DNA from: Gemmatimonadota bacterium
Lineage (GTDB): Bacteria > Gemmatimonadota > Gemmatimonadetes > Longimicrobiales > Gaopeijiaceae
Length of the DNA stretch: 54,974 bases
Reading direction: 5' to 3'
Assembly: GCA_039589315.1 (NCBI GenBank)
Contig: JBDHHQ010000023.1
Location: 1 to 54,974 of the forward strand
The translations under genes were made by a program, and so were the position numbers. Under the pieces are notes generated by a model, which ran no database searches, had not been told where the DNA came from, and was given only the letters and a program-made list of their open reading frames with translations. The number at the start of each line of letters is the position of its first letter. Position 1 is the stretch's first letter. Positions 37,059 through 46,721 of this stretch are shown piece after piece.

Positions 37059-37712
37059 CTACATCATGCCGGGCCCGTGCACCGGGATCTCGACTCGGGT
37101 GTTCTCCCACTCCAGGACGATATGGCCCATCCCCTCGCCGTGGGACTCCCAGGTGTAGGTCAGGGTCTCGACCGTCGACTCCGTCACGCTCACGGGGCGT
37201 GTGATGGAGCCCACGTTCTGCGCCATCACTTCGTCGTTGATGGGGATCCCCCAGCGCTCGGCGTTGCCGTTGATGACGATCTCCCACTCGGTCTCGCCGG
37301 GAACCGCGTAGAGCGAATAGGAGCCCGGCTCGAGGTCTACGCCCCCGACTTCGGCGGCGAACGGGAGGTGGAGCCCCGTGGCCTCGTTGGCCCCCATGCG
37401 CCACGGGCTGCCGAGCGGAACCAGCTCGCCCATGACGATCCGCTCTCTCGCGGAGGGACGCCCGTAGCAGAGCTTGGCCGACTGATCACCGAAGGTGAGC
37501 GTCAGCTGGCCCAGGGGGCTGGAGCGTTCGGCGGCTTCCTCCAGGGAGGCTCCCCGGAGAAAGCAGGTGAGCTCCTGGGTCGATGCCGACTGAGCCACCT
37601 CGGCCTCGGCCATCTCCGCTTCGGCTTCAACCTGGTCGGCCGGCCCGCAAGCCGAGCCGGCCACCAGGGCAGACGCGAGCAGAACCGTCGAAAGGCGACG
37701 TACTTCGAGCAT
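37059..37712 (-). CDS. DUF2911 domain lipoprotein
   Basis: GGAGG RBS; lipobox GSAC; SPLG, YGRPSARER.V.G.LVP.G.PWRMGANEAT, PGSYSLYAVP, LEWENT. Confidence 0.9.
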   Translation of the reverse strand: MLEVRRLSTVLLASALVAGSACGPADQVEAEAEMAEAEVAQSASTQELTCFLRGASLEEAAERSSPLGQLTLTFGDQSAKLCYGRPSARERIVMGELVPLGSPWRMGANEATGLHLPFAAEVGGVDLEPGSYSLYAVPGETEWEIVINGNAERWGIPINDEVMAQNVGSITRPVSVTESTVETLTYTWESHGEGMGHIVLEWENTRVEIPVHGPGMM

Positions 37713-37856
37713 TGTACCTCCGGTTTCTTGGGGAGGCTTGCGCCTCCCGGACGCGCACACCCAGAGTGCGGCATCGCTCGGGATACCCAGAAGTGGAGCG
37801 TGAGTTCGCGCCGCCACCAGCCAGGACAGACTGCTACTCGCCATGCGAGATCGAGA

Positions 37857-38267
37857 GTGACGGAACCCGAGCTGCCCAATCACATGGGACCCGGCGTCTT
37901 CGAGTATGCGCTGCCCGGGGATTGGCAGGTCCTGGCAGGTCGGACCGCAGCGGATAACGAATACCTGAGCATCAAGTTCGCCCGGGCCAACGACTGGTGG
38001 TTCCACGTTCGGGGCATGCCGGGGAGTCACGTGGTGCTTCGAGTACCCGGGGAGGTGGAGCCGGACCGGGCCACCCTCAAACGCGTCGCAGCGATCGCCG
38101 CGTACCATAGCAGGGCGCGCGAGGGGGGTGTGGTCCCCGTGTCCGCCACCCTGGCGAAGAACGTGCGCAAGCCTCGCGGCGCCAAGGTGGGCACGGTCCA
38201 GATTCGGAAGGAGATCGTGCTGAAGGTCCGGCCTGGATTGGGCGACGCAGTCCTGCGGAAGCCGTGA
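37857..38267 (+). CDS. Stand-alone NFACT-R (DUF814) RNA-binding domain protein
   Basis: GRTAADNEYLS, DWWFHVRGMPGSHVVL, AAIAAYHS, VRKPRGAKVG.V. Confidence 0.88.
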   Translation: MTEPELPNHMGPGVFEYALPGDWQVLAGRTAADNEYLSIKFARANDWWFHVRGMPGSHVVLRVPGEVEPDRATLKRVAAIAAYHSRAREGGVVPVSATLAKNVRKPRGAKVGTVQIRKEIVLKVRPGLGDAVLRKP

Positions 38268-38391
38268 GGGGTCGAGCGCCGACCCACCCCTGGGCTCACC
38301 GGGCAATCCGACTCGACAGGTCCGGGATGCCTTTCTGCTGAAGAAGCTGGAGACCGGGGCGCTGATCGGAGTAGCCGTTCATCGTGGGGGT

Positions 38392-38841
38392 TCAGGACGC
38401 CGGCCCGTCGGTGGGCCGGGATTCCGGAAACCGCACCGTGAGCAGCTCCCGTTCCCTGAACTGGAAGTCGGGGTCCCGAATGCGGTCGACACTCACCTCC
38501 CGCAGGTGCTCGGCTGGCCTCTCCAGGTCGTCCGTCCAGCACCCGTAGATCTGGACGGGCCGAGCCTCGTCGGGTAGCGCAGTCAGGTACTCGGCCAGGC
38601 GCTCGTGTACGCGTTGCTTCTCTTCCGCCTCCTCCAGCTCTTCGCCCAGCGTTTCGCAGCGGAAGCCACAGCCGCACTGCAGGTGGGAACCCAGATAGTG
38701 GACGACCTCGGCTTCGTCGAAGTGGTCCGCCGCCTGCGCTTCCGCGTCCGAGAGCGGCCCGACGTGGAGATCCCGGTGCTCGGGGTCCCAGGGAACGAGT
38801 CGAATCGCTGCCGCCGCCCCCATGAAGTAGGTCATGCACAT
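38392..38841 (-). CDS. Hypothetical protein with a GSH..CGCGF motif
   Basis: ORF follows the ankyrin gene by 10 bp; MC start and CGCGF suggest metal binding. Confidence 0.65.
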   Translation of the reverse strand: MCMTYFMGAAAAIRLVPWDPEHRDLHVGPLSDAEAQAADHFDEAEVVHYLGSHLQCGCGFRCETLGEELEEAEEKQRVHERLAEYLTALPDEARPVQIYGCWTDDLERPAEHLREVSVDRIRDPDFQFRERELLTVRFPESRPTDGPAS

Positions 38842-38851
38842 GTGATTCGCC

Positions 38852-39382
38852 TCAACCGGTTTCTTCGCCGCTTCGCTCCTCAACCCGCTGCGCCGCGGCC
38901 TTCAGCGCCGCCACGGCGTCGGGCCGACCCAGCATCTCCGCTTCCTCCCGAGGCGTGGCGTAGTCGTCGATGCGGGTGCGCGCGTTCAAGTCTGCCCCGT
39001 GGGCAAGGAGCAGCGCAATCGCTTTCGGGTCGTTGTCCGAGGCGGCGCGGTGCAGCGGCGTGTAGTCATTGAAGCCGCGCTGTTGCACATCGGCCCCGGC
39101 AGACAGGAGGATCTCCACGATCTCGAGCCGGTCGCGCCGACCGGACGACAGGGCCGCGATCAGAGACGGGAACCCGCCGTGGTCCTCATAGTTGGGATCT
39201 GCGCCCAGCTCCAGGAGCACGCGGATGAACGAGGTGGGGCTGTGATAAACGGCATATTCCAGACAATGGCCACGAGCCCCCGGGAGGACGCAGTCGGGGA
39301 AGCCCGGAGCATCGCCCAGCAGAGGCCTGAGGGCGTCCAGATCGCCGGCCTTGAACGCCGCGTCGAGCTTGGATGTGTCCAT
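38852..39382 (-). CDS. Ankyrin repeat protein
   Basis: LLELGADPN, LLSAGADV, TPLHRAA, LLAHGADLN. Confidence 0.9.
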   Translation of the reverse strand: MDTSKLDAAFKAGDLDALRPLLGDAPGFPDCVLPGARGHCLEYAVYHSPTSFIRVLLELGADPNYEDHGGFPSLIAALSSGRRDRLEIVEILLSAGADVQQRGFNDYTPLHRAASDNDPKAIALLLAHGADLNARTRIDDYATPREEAEMLGRPDAVAALKAAAQRVEERSGEETG

Positions 39383-39538
39383 CGGATCCTCCGAGCGGCA
39401 GCGCCACGGCACTCGCCTATGTCCCAGACGTCCGTGACCGGGTGCGGCCGCCGGTCCTCCGCGAGCGCCGAGCGTTCGAGGATCTCACGTGGGCGACCCG
39501 ACAGCAGGCCCTCGGTCATCCGTTGCCCTGCGGCCGGG

Positions 39539-39952
39539 CTACGCTCCCGCCACCGCCTCGATCTCCACGACCAGCTCGGGGAGCACGAGGCGGGCGACGC
39601 CAATCAGCGACTGGGGCGGCCGGGTCCCGGCTTCGGCGATCCACGATGCGTACACGTCGTAGTTCTGCAGGAACCCATCGATCTCGGTCGTGAAGAACCG
39701 GAGCGAGAGGATGTTGCTCCGGTCCATGCCCGCCTTTTCGAGGACCGCGTCGACGTTGGCGAGCGCGGCTTCCATCTGACCGCGGATGTCGTTCGGGTGC
39801 GAGACCGCCAGGCCCATCTCGGTGTCCGGGGCTGGCTCGACGGCCACCTGGCCGGAGCAATGCAGGTAGCGCGCCACGCCTTCCACCAACTCGCCCTGAT
39901 CCATGCTGAAGGCGAGTCCCCAGTCCCATGGGTTCACTGATGTCCGCTTCAT
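39539..39952 (-). CDS. RidA/YjgF family protein
   Basis: CSGQ, Q...ALANVDAVL..AG, LIGVARL..PEL.VEIEA. Confidence 0.9.
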   Translation of the reverse strand: MKRTSVNPWDWGLAFSMDQGELVEGVARYLHCSGQVAVEPAPDTEMGLAVSHPNDIRGQMEAALANVDAVLEKAGMDRSNILSLRFFTTEIDGFLQNYDVYASWIAEAGTRPPQSLIGVARLVLPELVVEIEAVAGA

Positions 39953-39988
39953 TGCTGGCTCCTCGAGGAGGACGAGAGCACGCGCGGG

Positions 39989-40394
39989 CTACCCTTCCTC
40001 ACTGCCCGGCCGCGGGAAGAACTGATCGATCAGGACGGTGTTCCCGTCCGGGTCCAAGAACGCGATGTGGGCCGGGCCGGTGCCCGCCGGATCCGTATCG
40101 GTGGTCATCGCGATGCCCACATCCACCAGGCGCTCGGATGTCGCGCACGTCGGTGAACTCGAAAAGCTGCTCCTTGTTCTGGCCCAGGCCAGGGTTGAAC
40201 GTGAGGATGTTCCCCTCGAACATGCCGTGGAACAGCCCCACGATGGCGGGCCCGTTGACCATGATCAGGTAGTGGTCGCCGTCTCCGCCCGTCTGCGAGA
40301 ATCTGAGTGCCGCGTAGAAGGCCTTCGACGCCCCCAGGTCATTCACGGCCAGGCTCACCGAGAAGGCCCCGGGCTCCAGCTCCGTCGCTGCCAT
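39989..40394 (-). pseudogene. VOC/glyoxalase family gene with a frameshift near 40136
   Basis: [14 protein letters not shown]...[17 protein letters not shown]...FTDVRDI continues in another frame as [40 protein letters not shown] (stop 39989-39991). Confidence 0.8.
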
Positions 40395-40439
40395 GCTCCC
40401 TCCCTCGTTGTTCCCGCGGAGCGGACTTAACTCTCCCCT

Positions 40440-40584
40440 GAGTCTTCGATGCTCGAAGCGTTTGACGCCGGGCTCCGAACCCTCGCCGATCAGCTTGAAG
40501 TCGGTCTTCTCCAGAACTCCGCTCGACGGGATCAGCCCGGGCAATGTCTCGGCAATCACCCTGATCACACAAGGATCTTCGTAC
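40440..40584 (-). pseudogene. C-terminal remnant of a RimJ/RimL-type GNAT acetyltransferase
   Basis: [43 protein letters not shown] resembles that family's C-terminus; no N-terminal half before the permease stop. Confidence 0.55.
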
Positions 40585-40659
40585 GTGGATGGTCGAGCCA
40601 CACCTCGGCGACCTGCCAGCGACGGACGACGACCGTGAACGTCGCTCACGCCCTCCGCC

Positions 40660-43296
40660 TTACTCCGAGCGGAACGCCTCCACCGGATCCACCCGCGCGG
40701 CCCGTCGCGCAGGTAGCAGACAGGCCGTCACCGCGACGACCGACAGAAACCCGGCCACGGCGAACAGCGTCAGTGGGTCCGCTGGCTCGACCCCGAACAG
40801 CATGCCCTGCACCAGCCGGCCTGCTGCGTACGCTCCCGGTATCCCCAGGACGAGTCCGAATCCCACCAGCCGTAGGCCCTCGCCCACGATGCCCCGCGTG
40901 ACGCTCGAGCCCGACGCTCCCAAAGCGATGCGGACGCCGATCTCGTGCAACTGTCGGGACACCTGGTAGGCCAGTGTGCCGTACAAGCCCACGCCGGCAA
41001 GGAGGAGCGCTACGCTCGCGAACAGGACGAGCACCACCGCGACCGTCCGCTCGTCGGACACGGACTGGCTGATTGCCTCGTCCATGGTGGTGACGTCGCT
41101 CAGGGGGACGTCCGGATCGAGGGCCCGGAGCGCCTCGCGAACGCCCGTGACCACTCCCCCCAGGTCGCCTCGGGCCCGGACCGCCAGCCGCATCCGCCTC
41201 GACGGGCTCTGGGCGTAGGGGTAGTACATGGTCAGGTCGAGCCCCTCGCTCAGGCTCCCCGACACCACGTCGCCCACCACGCCGATGACCTCACGGATTC
41301 CAGGTTCGGAGCCGCCCTGGTCCACCGCGACCGTGCGACCCATGGGGTCCTCGTCCCCGAAGAGCCGCTCTGCCAGCGCCACGCTGAGGATGACGGCTTC
41401 CGGCGCTCCGGCATCGTCGGTCGGCCGGACGTCCCGTCCACCCACCAGCGGAATCGCCAGGGCGCCGAAGTACCCGGGCATCACGCTGCGCCGGTAGGCC
41501 AACGTGCCGAACACGCCGTCAGCGCCGAATTCCTCGGGACGGGACACGCGGATGTTGCCGCCAGGGTCCTGGATGGGGAGGTGTGTGGTGACCGCCACCG
41601 AAGAGACGCCTGGGATGGAGCGAACCTGCTCGCTGAGCTGCTCGAAGAAGCGGACGCCGGCCTCGGCGTCGCCGTACTTGCCGCGCGGGATGGAGACCTC
41701 GGCGGTGACGAGTTGCTCGGTGTCGAAGCCGGACTCCACCCGGGTGAGCTCCTGCAAGCTGCGGAAGAGGAGCCCCGAGACCGCGAGCAGCACCGCCGTC
41801 ATGGCGACCTGCGCCACCACGAGGCCGCTACGGAACCGGGAGCGCCGGTCACCCCCCCGCCCCGCTCCGGCCCGGAGGTCTCCGGCGGGATCCGCGCGGG
41901 CCATGCTGAGAGACGGGATGACGCCGAAGAGCACAACCGTCAGCGCCGACATCGACAGGGCGAATGCCAGCGTCTTGCCGGAGATGCCTGGCTCGATCCG
42001 CCCCAACATCTCCATCGGCATGAACGTCAGGATACCCCGCTGAATCCAGACAGCCAGCACGGTCCCCACCACGCCTGCGCCCAGGGCCAGATAGACGTTC
42101 TCCGTGAGCAGCTGCCTGGCCAGGCGCCCGCGACCGCCGCCCATGACAGAGCGGACGGCCATCTCGGAGCGCCGGGCGCCGCCCCGCGCCAACAGAAGGC
42201 CCGACACGTTGGCGCACGCGATGAGGAGGAGGAGCGCTACCGCAACAGAGAGGATGTTGAGCGTCGGGCCATATTGCTCGGCCAGCGCCTGCCTCAGGGG
42301 CGTGACGTTGAGTCCTTTGTCACGATTGGTATCCGGGTAGACGTCCTCCAGACGCGTCGAGATGGCGTCGATCTCGGCCTGGGCCGCCTCGACGCTCGTC
42401 CCGTCCGCCAGCCGACCGACCAGCACGAAGTTGTGGAACTGCCTGGCAGAGGCCCAGCCGGCGTCCCGCTGGATCGAACGCCACATGTCTGCGTCCATGA
42501 GGAAGCGGAAGCCTGCGGGCGCCACACCCACCACCGTGGTGGGCAGACCTTCGACCGAGATTGCGCGGCCGACGATGCCCGGATCGCTCGCATACCGTCG
42601 TTGCCAGTAGCCGTGGGAGAGCACGGCCACCGCCGCTCCGCCGACCCGGCCCTCTTCGGGCAGGAAGTACCGGCCCACCGCAGGACTCACGCCGAACGTC
42701 TCGAAGAAGCCCGCCGAAGCCAGCGGCGCCGAGACCCGCTCGGGCTCTCCCCGGCCCGTGACCGTTGCCGCTACCGGGAACGGGGTGAGCGCCGCCAGAT
42801 TCTCGAGTGACGCGGTCTCGTCCCGGTAGTCGAAGAAGTCGGGGCCCGACACGGTGAAGCCCACCTCCCCCTCCCACGTGACTCGACCCAGCAGCAGTTC
42901 CTCGGAATCGGGGTACGGCAGCGCCCGAAAGAGGGAGCGCTCCAGCACCCCGAACATGGCCACGTTCCCGCCGATACCGATCCCCAGTGTCAGGAGCACC
43001 GCCATGAGGAACGCAGGCTGCTTGGGCAGAGACCGGAGCGCGACCCGGGAGTCCAGGACGAAGTCGTCCAGGATCCGTGCCCCGCGCACGTCGCGGACCT
43101 CTTCCTTGAATCGCTCCACGCCGCCGAACGCCACCAGGGCGCGCCTGCGGGCCTCGGCGGCGTCCACGCCCGCCTCTATCTGCTGCCGGATCTCCATTTC
43201 CAGGTGAAAGCGGATCTCGTCATCGAGCTCTGCTTCCACGGAGTCCTTGTCGGACAGGACCTGCAAGCGCCGCCGAGCCCACCGCCACCAGCCCAT
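40660..43296 (-). CDS. Duplicated ABC transporter permease (ADOP/MacB-FtsX type)
   Basis: [12 protein letters not shown]...EARRRA..AFGG prefix domain, [18 protein letters not shown], two MacB-PCD/FtsX halves, [10 protein letters not shown]. Confidence 0.93.
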   Translation of the reverse strand: MGWWRWARRRLQVLSDKDSVEAELDDEIRFHLEMEIRQQIEAGVDAAEARRRALVAFGGVERFKEEVRDVRGARILDDFVLDSRVALRSLPKQPAFLMAVLLTLGIGIGGNVAMFGVLERSLFRALPYPDSEELLLGRVTWEGEVGFTVSGPDFFDYRDETASLENLAALTPFPVAATVTGRGEPERVSAPLASAGFFETFGVSPAVGRYFLPEEGRVGGAAVAVLSHGYWQRRYASDPGIVGRAISVEGLPTTVVGVAPAGFRFLMDADMWRSIQRDAGWASARQFHNFVLVGRLADGTSVEAAQAEIDAISTRLEDVYPDTNRDKGLNVTPLRQALAEQYGPTLNILSVAVALLLLIACANVSGLLLARGGARRSEMAVRSVMGGGRGRLARQLLTENVYLALGAGVVGTVLAVWIQRGILTFMPMEMLGRIEPGISGKTLAFALSMSALTVVLFGVIPSLSMARADPAGDLRAGAGRGGDRRSRFRSGLVVAQVAMTAVLLAVSGLLFRSLQELTRVESGFDTEQLVTAEVSIPRGKYGDAEAGVRFFEQLSEQVRSIPGVSSVAVTTHLPIQDPGGNIRVSRPEEFGADGVFGTLAYRRSVMPGYFGALAIPLVGGRDVRPTDDAGAPEAVILSVALAERLFGDEDPMGRTVAVDQGGSEPGIREVIGVVGDVVSGSLSEGLDLTMYYPYAQSPSRRMRLAVRARGDLGGVVTGVREALRALDPDVPLSDVTTMDEAISQSVSDERTVAVVLVLFASVALLLAGVGLYGTLAYQVSRQLHEIGVRIALGASGSSVTRGIVGEGLRLVGFGLVLGIPGAYAAGRLVQGMLFGVEPADPLTLFAVAGFLSVVAVTACLLPARRAARVDPVEAFRSE

Positions 43297-43309
43297 CACA
43301 CGCCTCCCC

Positions 43310-43639
43310 CTATCCCGTTGCCAGAATCGCCTCGACCGCATCCGCGAACAGTCGCCACCCTTCGCGCTCGGCCTCCAGTGCCGCCCGGCCCGTCTTCGTC
43401 AGGCGGTAGACCTTCACGGGCCGCCCCTCGGTCGAGACGCCCTGCTCGGACTCGATCATGCCCCGGTCCCGGAGCCGATAGAGAGCCGGGTACAGCGAGC
43501 CCTGATTCACCTCCAGGACCCCCTTGCTCAGGAGCTGAATCCGCTTCGAGATGCCCCAGCCGTGCAACGGCTCGAGGGCGAGCGTCTTGAGCACGAGCAG
43601 ATCCAGGCTGCCCTGCAGGAGATCGGCTTTCGGGCGCAC
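43310..43639 (-). CDS. PadR-family transcriptional regulator
   Basis: LLQGSLDLLVLKTL...LHGWGI, VNQGSLYPALYRL, YRLT..GR. Confidence 0.95.
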   Translation of the reverse strand: MRPKADLLQGSLDLLVLKTLALEPLHGWGISKRIQLLSKGVLEVNQGSLYPALYRLRDRGMIESEQGVSTEGRPVKVYRLTKTGRAALEAEREGWRLFADAVEAILATG

Positions 43640-43696
43640 GGCGAGTCCTCTTCGGTGACTGTTCTCTCGTTGGTTGGATGCCGGCAAAACCGGATT

Positions 43697-43734
43697 GGTT
43701 GTCGGACGTCATAATATCATGACAGGCGACAACC
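43697..43734. promoter_or_regulatory. Imperfect palindrome upstream of padR, candidate operator
   Basis: GGTTGTCG-gac-GTCAT-aatatc-ATGAC-agg-CGACAACC around an AT-rich -10-like core. Confidence 0.55.
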
Positions 43735-43915
43735 GGACAGGAAGCGTGTTTGGGGGAGGCCTCACCCGGAAGTCACGCGGGCGGGTGGTGGTGGGTGCGG
43801 GAGGTGTGGCCGGAAGTTGGCCGGTTGGCGGGGCCGATCTTCTACGTCAGCGGATCCGAAAACACTGCGGAGATCGTGAGCCTGGAGCGGAGTTGGGCGA
43901 ATGGCGACGGGGTGA

Positions 43916-46300
43916 CTAGGGCACCTCTGGCCCAAGCGCCTCCAGGCGGCCTCGGGCCCCGTCAGAGTGGCTCTGGAGTCGAGGATCCGCGCCCTCCCAG
44001 AGCTTCAGGAACCGCTCATAGTGCTCGACTGCACGTGGGGCGTCACCGAGATCGTCGTACACTTCGCCTCGGATCTTGCGGAGCGTCGGTGCCAAGACCG
44101 CGTTGCCACCGATTCGGAAGAACCCGTTGTCCGCCCATCGGCGCGCCTCCTCGGCTCTGCCCATGGCCCGCAGCGCCTCGATGCGCAGCAGTCGCGCATG
44201 CTCCTGCGTGAACAGATCGGCGTACTCAATACGGGCGGGACCCGTGGAAGCCAGGTCCATGACCTTGACCGGGATCTGACCGCTCACCCCTTCGAGATCC
44301 GCCAAGGCATCGGCAGGTCGGCCTTCCCGGAGCGCCACCTCCGCGCGGATGGTGAGTGCCAGGTCCTCCGCCATCCAAGGGGCATCGTCGGGCCCCGGGA
44401 TGGCTCCCAGGCTGTCGGCCCACTCGATGGCCTGCCTTGGCTCCCCTCGCCGCGCCTGCAGGAGGCCCAGGAGGTAGGCCCGCCCCCATGGGAGCAGGGC
44501 CGTGAGGGGGCTTTCAAGATCGGGATCGTTCTGGTCCGTGCCATTCCAGGCGCCGATTTGCTCGACCGCTTCGTCCAACTCCTCGGCCGATGGGTCGGCG
44601 AGCGGTTGGATCACGTAGAACGCGCGTCGCAGCCGGGCCCTACCGGGCGCCAGCTCCGCGGCCCGGTCTAGCAGCCCCGGCACCTCGCCCCACCGCCCCT
44701 GCCCCACCAGCAGGTCCGTGAGGATGAAGGTGCCGTGGACCCGGATCAGCTCCCGGCGGTCGGTCCCGACCATCGGACGCACCAGGCGCTCGGCCCAGTC
44801 GTAGGACTCGAACCACGCGGCCAGCCACGGCCCCTGCCAGTAGAAGTTGAAGCTCGGGCGATACCATCGGGCGAAGTCCGACTCGTCTGCACGGGCGGCG
44901 GCGGAGGCCGCCGCATACACTCGAAACCGCTCAGGTCCGCCCGTTCGGGCATACGAGATGCTGTCCGAACGGTCGATGTCGGCCTCCGCGAGGGCGAAGT
45001 TCGCCAGAGTGCACGTAGGACAGACGAACGCGGGGTCCACTCGCACCACTTGCTGCAAGAGCGGCAGGCCCTCAGTGGACGGCCTGCCCCGCGGCGGGTT
45101 GTGCTCGGTCAACAAGTCACCGAGCTGATAGCGCGATTCCCAGGCGTCCGGGTAATCCTGGAGGAGGGCAACGTACAGCCGCTCCCCCTCGTCGATGCGC
45201 CCTGCCCGCACGATCGTGAAGGCCTCGAGCGCCCGGCGGTCGCGGTCGCTCAACCGGTGAGCGAACGCCGTGGCCCGTTCGAGGGAGGACTCGACGAGCC
45301 GGTAGTTGCGTCGCAGGCCCGCGGCGACTGCCAGACGGTAGTAGGCCAGGGCGAAGGTGGGGTCTTCTTCCACGGCGCGCTGGAACCCCGCAATGGCGGA
45401 GTCGCGGCGATTCCCCCTGAGCCACCGCTCGGCGTCGACGAAGGCCTTGAACGCGGCCAGGGACTCGGTGTCCCGCGCCGCCGTGCTGGCGAGCTGCCGA
45501 CTGACTGCCCCGACCCGCTGGGCCAGGAGCTGAGCGACCAGGTCTTCTGCCAGCTCGAACACGGCCGTGAACGCACCCTCGACGCTCGCGGTCGTTGGCT
45601 CCACGGTCTCGTCGCTCTCGTAGAGCCGTGCCGAAAGGGCGATCTGGCCGGCGACCTCGGTGACGGTGCCCAGCACGAATCGGGCGGCGCCGACGTCTTT
45701 CGCGAACTCGCGGGCGGTTGCGGGATCCAACAGCCCGTCTTGTGCGGCGCCAGCGAGGTTGAGGATGGTGCTCGGGTCCGTGCCCCGAAGCCCTGCCACG
45801 CCGTCCAACTCCCGGCTCAACAACGTCACCATGCCCTCGCCGAGATGGCCGACTGCCTCGGCATCTCCCTGGACCTCGAAGGGAAACACCGCGACCGCTC
45901 CGAGGTCCGGCGCGGGCGGACCGAAGAACCGGATCCACACGACACCCGTGACACTGGCAAGGACGATGACAAGGCCCAGAGCCAGGGGAAGCCGGCCCCG
46001 GGCGATGATGGATCCGCTCCCGGCATGGCCCTCGGTTTCGGCCGAAGCATCGGCCCGACGGATCCCTTCGGGGGTCAGATCGAAGGCCCAGGCCAACACC
46101 GCCACCACCGGGATCCCGAGACCGAGCACCACGATGAGGGCGGTCCCGGCGCTGTCGGGGACGCCCAGGTAGGGGAAGATGGTGGTCGCGACCTCGATGG
46201 TCGCCCACGCGGCGACAAGGTACACACCCACCGTCTGGACGACGCCGCGGCGTCTCAGGTCGGAGAAGAGCGAGGCCAGCCGGTTTGCGGAGCGATCCAT
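43916..46300 (-). CDS. Membrane-anchored TolB-N-like/TPR protein
   Basis: LRRRGV....VYLVAAW N-terminal TM module, AWAFDLTPEG, VAVFPF, TESLAAFKAF, several TPRs (DPTFALAYYRL), FLKLWEGADP. Confidence 0.8.
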   Translation of the reverse strand: MDRSANRLASLFSDLRRRGVVQTVGVYLVAAWATIEVATTIFPYLGVPDSAGTALIVVLGLGIPVVAVLAWAFDLTPEGIRRADASAETEGHAGSGSIIARGRLPLALGLVIVLASVTGVVWIRFFGPPAPDLGAVAVFPFEVQGDAEAVGHLGEGMVTLLSRELDGVAGLRGTDPSTILNLAGAAQDGLLDPATAREFAKDVGAARFVLGTVTEVAGQIALSARLYESDETVEPTTASVEGAFTAVFELAEDLVAQLLAQRVGAVSRQLASTAARDTESLAAFKAFVDAERWLRGNRRDSAIAGFQRAVEEDPTFALAYYRLAVAAGLRRNYRLVESSLERATAFAHRLSDRDRRALEAFTIVRAGRIDEGERLYVALLQDYPDAWESRYQLGDLLTEHNPPRGRPSTEGLPLLQQVVRVDPAFVCPTCTLANFALAEADIDRSDSISYARTGGPERFRVYAAASAAARADESDFARWYRPSFNFYWQGPWLAAWFESYDWAERLVRPMVGTDRRELIRVHGTFILTDLLVGQGRWGEVPGLLDRAAELAPGRARLRRAFYVIQPLADPSAEELDEAVEQIGAWNGTDQNDPDLESPLTALLPWGRAYLLGLLQARRGEPRQAIEWADSLGAIPGPDDAPWMAEDLALTIRAEVALREGRPADALADLEGVSGQIPVKVMDLASTGPARIEYADLFTQEHARLLRIEALRAMGRAEEARRWADNGFFRIGGNAVLAPTLRKIRGEVYDDLGDAPRAVEHYERFLKLWEGADPRLQSHSDGARGRLEALGPEVP

Positions 46301-46721
46301 CACGGGCTCCGTGGGGAGGGGCGTCCGGTGTACACACCGGCTTGGTCCAAGCTAGGGGGGGACCAGGCGCGTTTACAACGATGTAGCCCCTACGTCCCGG
46401 CCGCCGGGGTGCGTTGCTCCGTGAAGGTCAGCGAAGCTCAGGAGGCAGGCGGGCGCCTTCGCCCGGCTCGAGGCTTTCTCTTGCGTCTGCCCCTCGGGCG
46501 ATGGCCAGGGTCCCGGCTGCCGAGCCGGCACCCAGCGCGGCGACCACTCCTTCCCTTCCGCTGTCACCGACTCCCGGAGCCAACGAGCCCAAGTCGCGAG
46601 GCGGGACGTCCGACCACCGAATCGACACGACAGGCCCATCCTCTCATCTAGTGTGCCAAAGGCGGCATCGTTCCGAGTCTCCCATACGCGTGATGCTCAT
46701 GAGCGTCACCCACCCGTCCCG

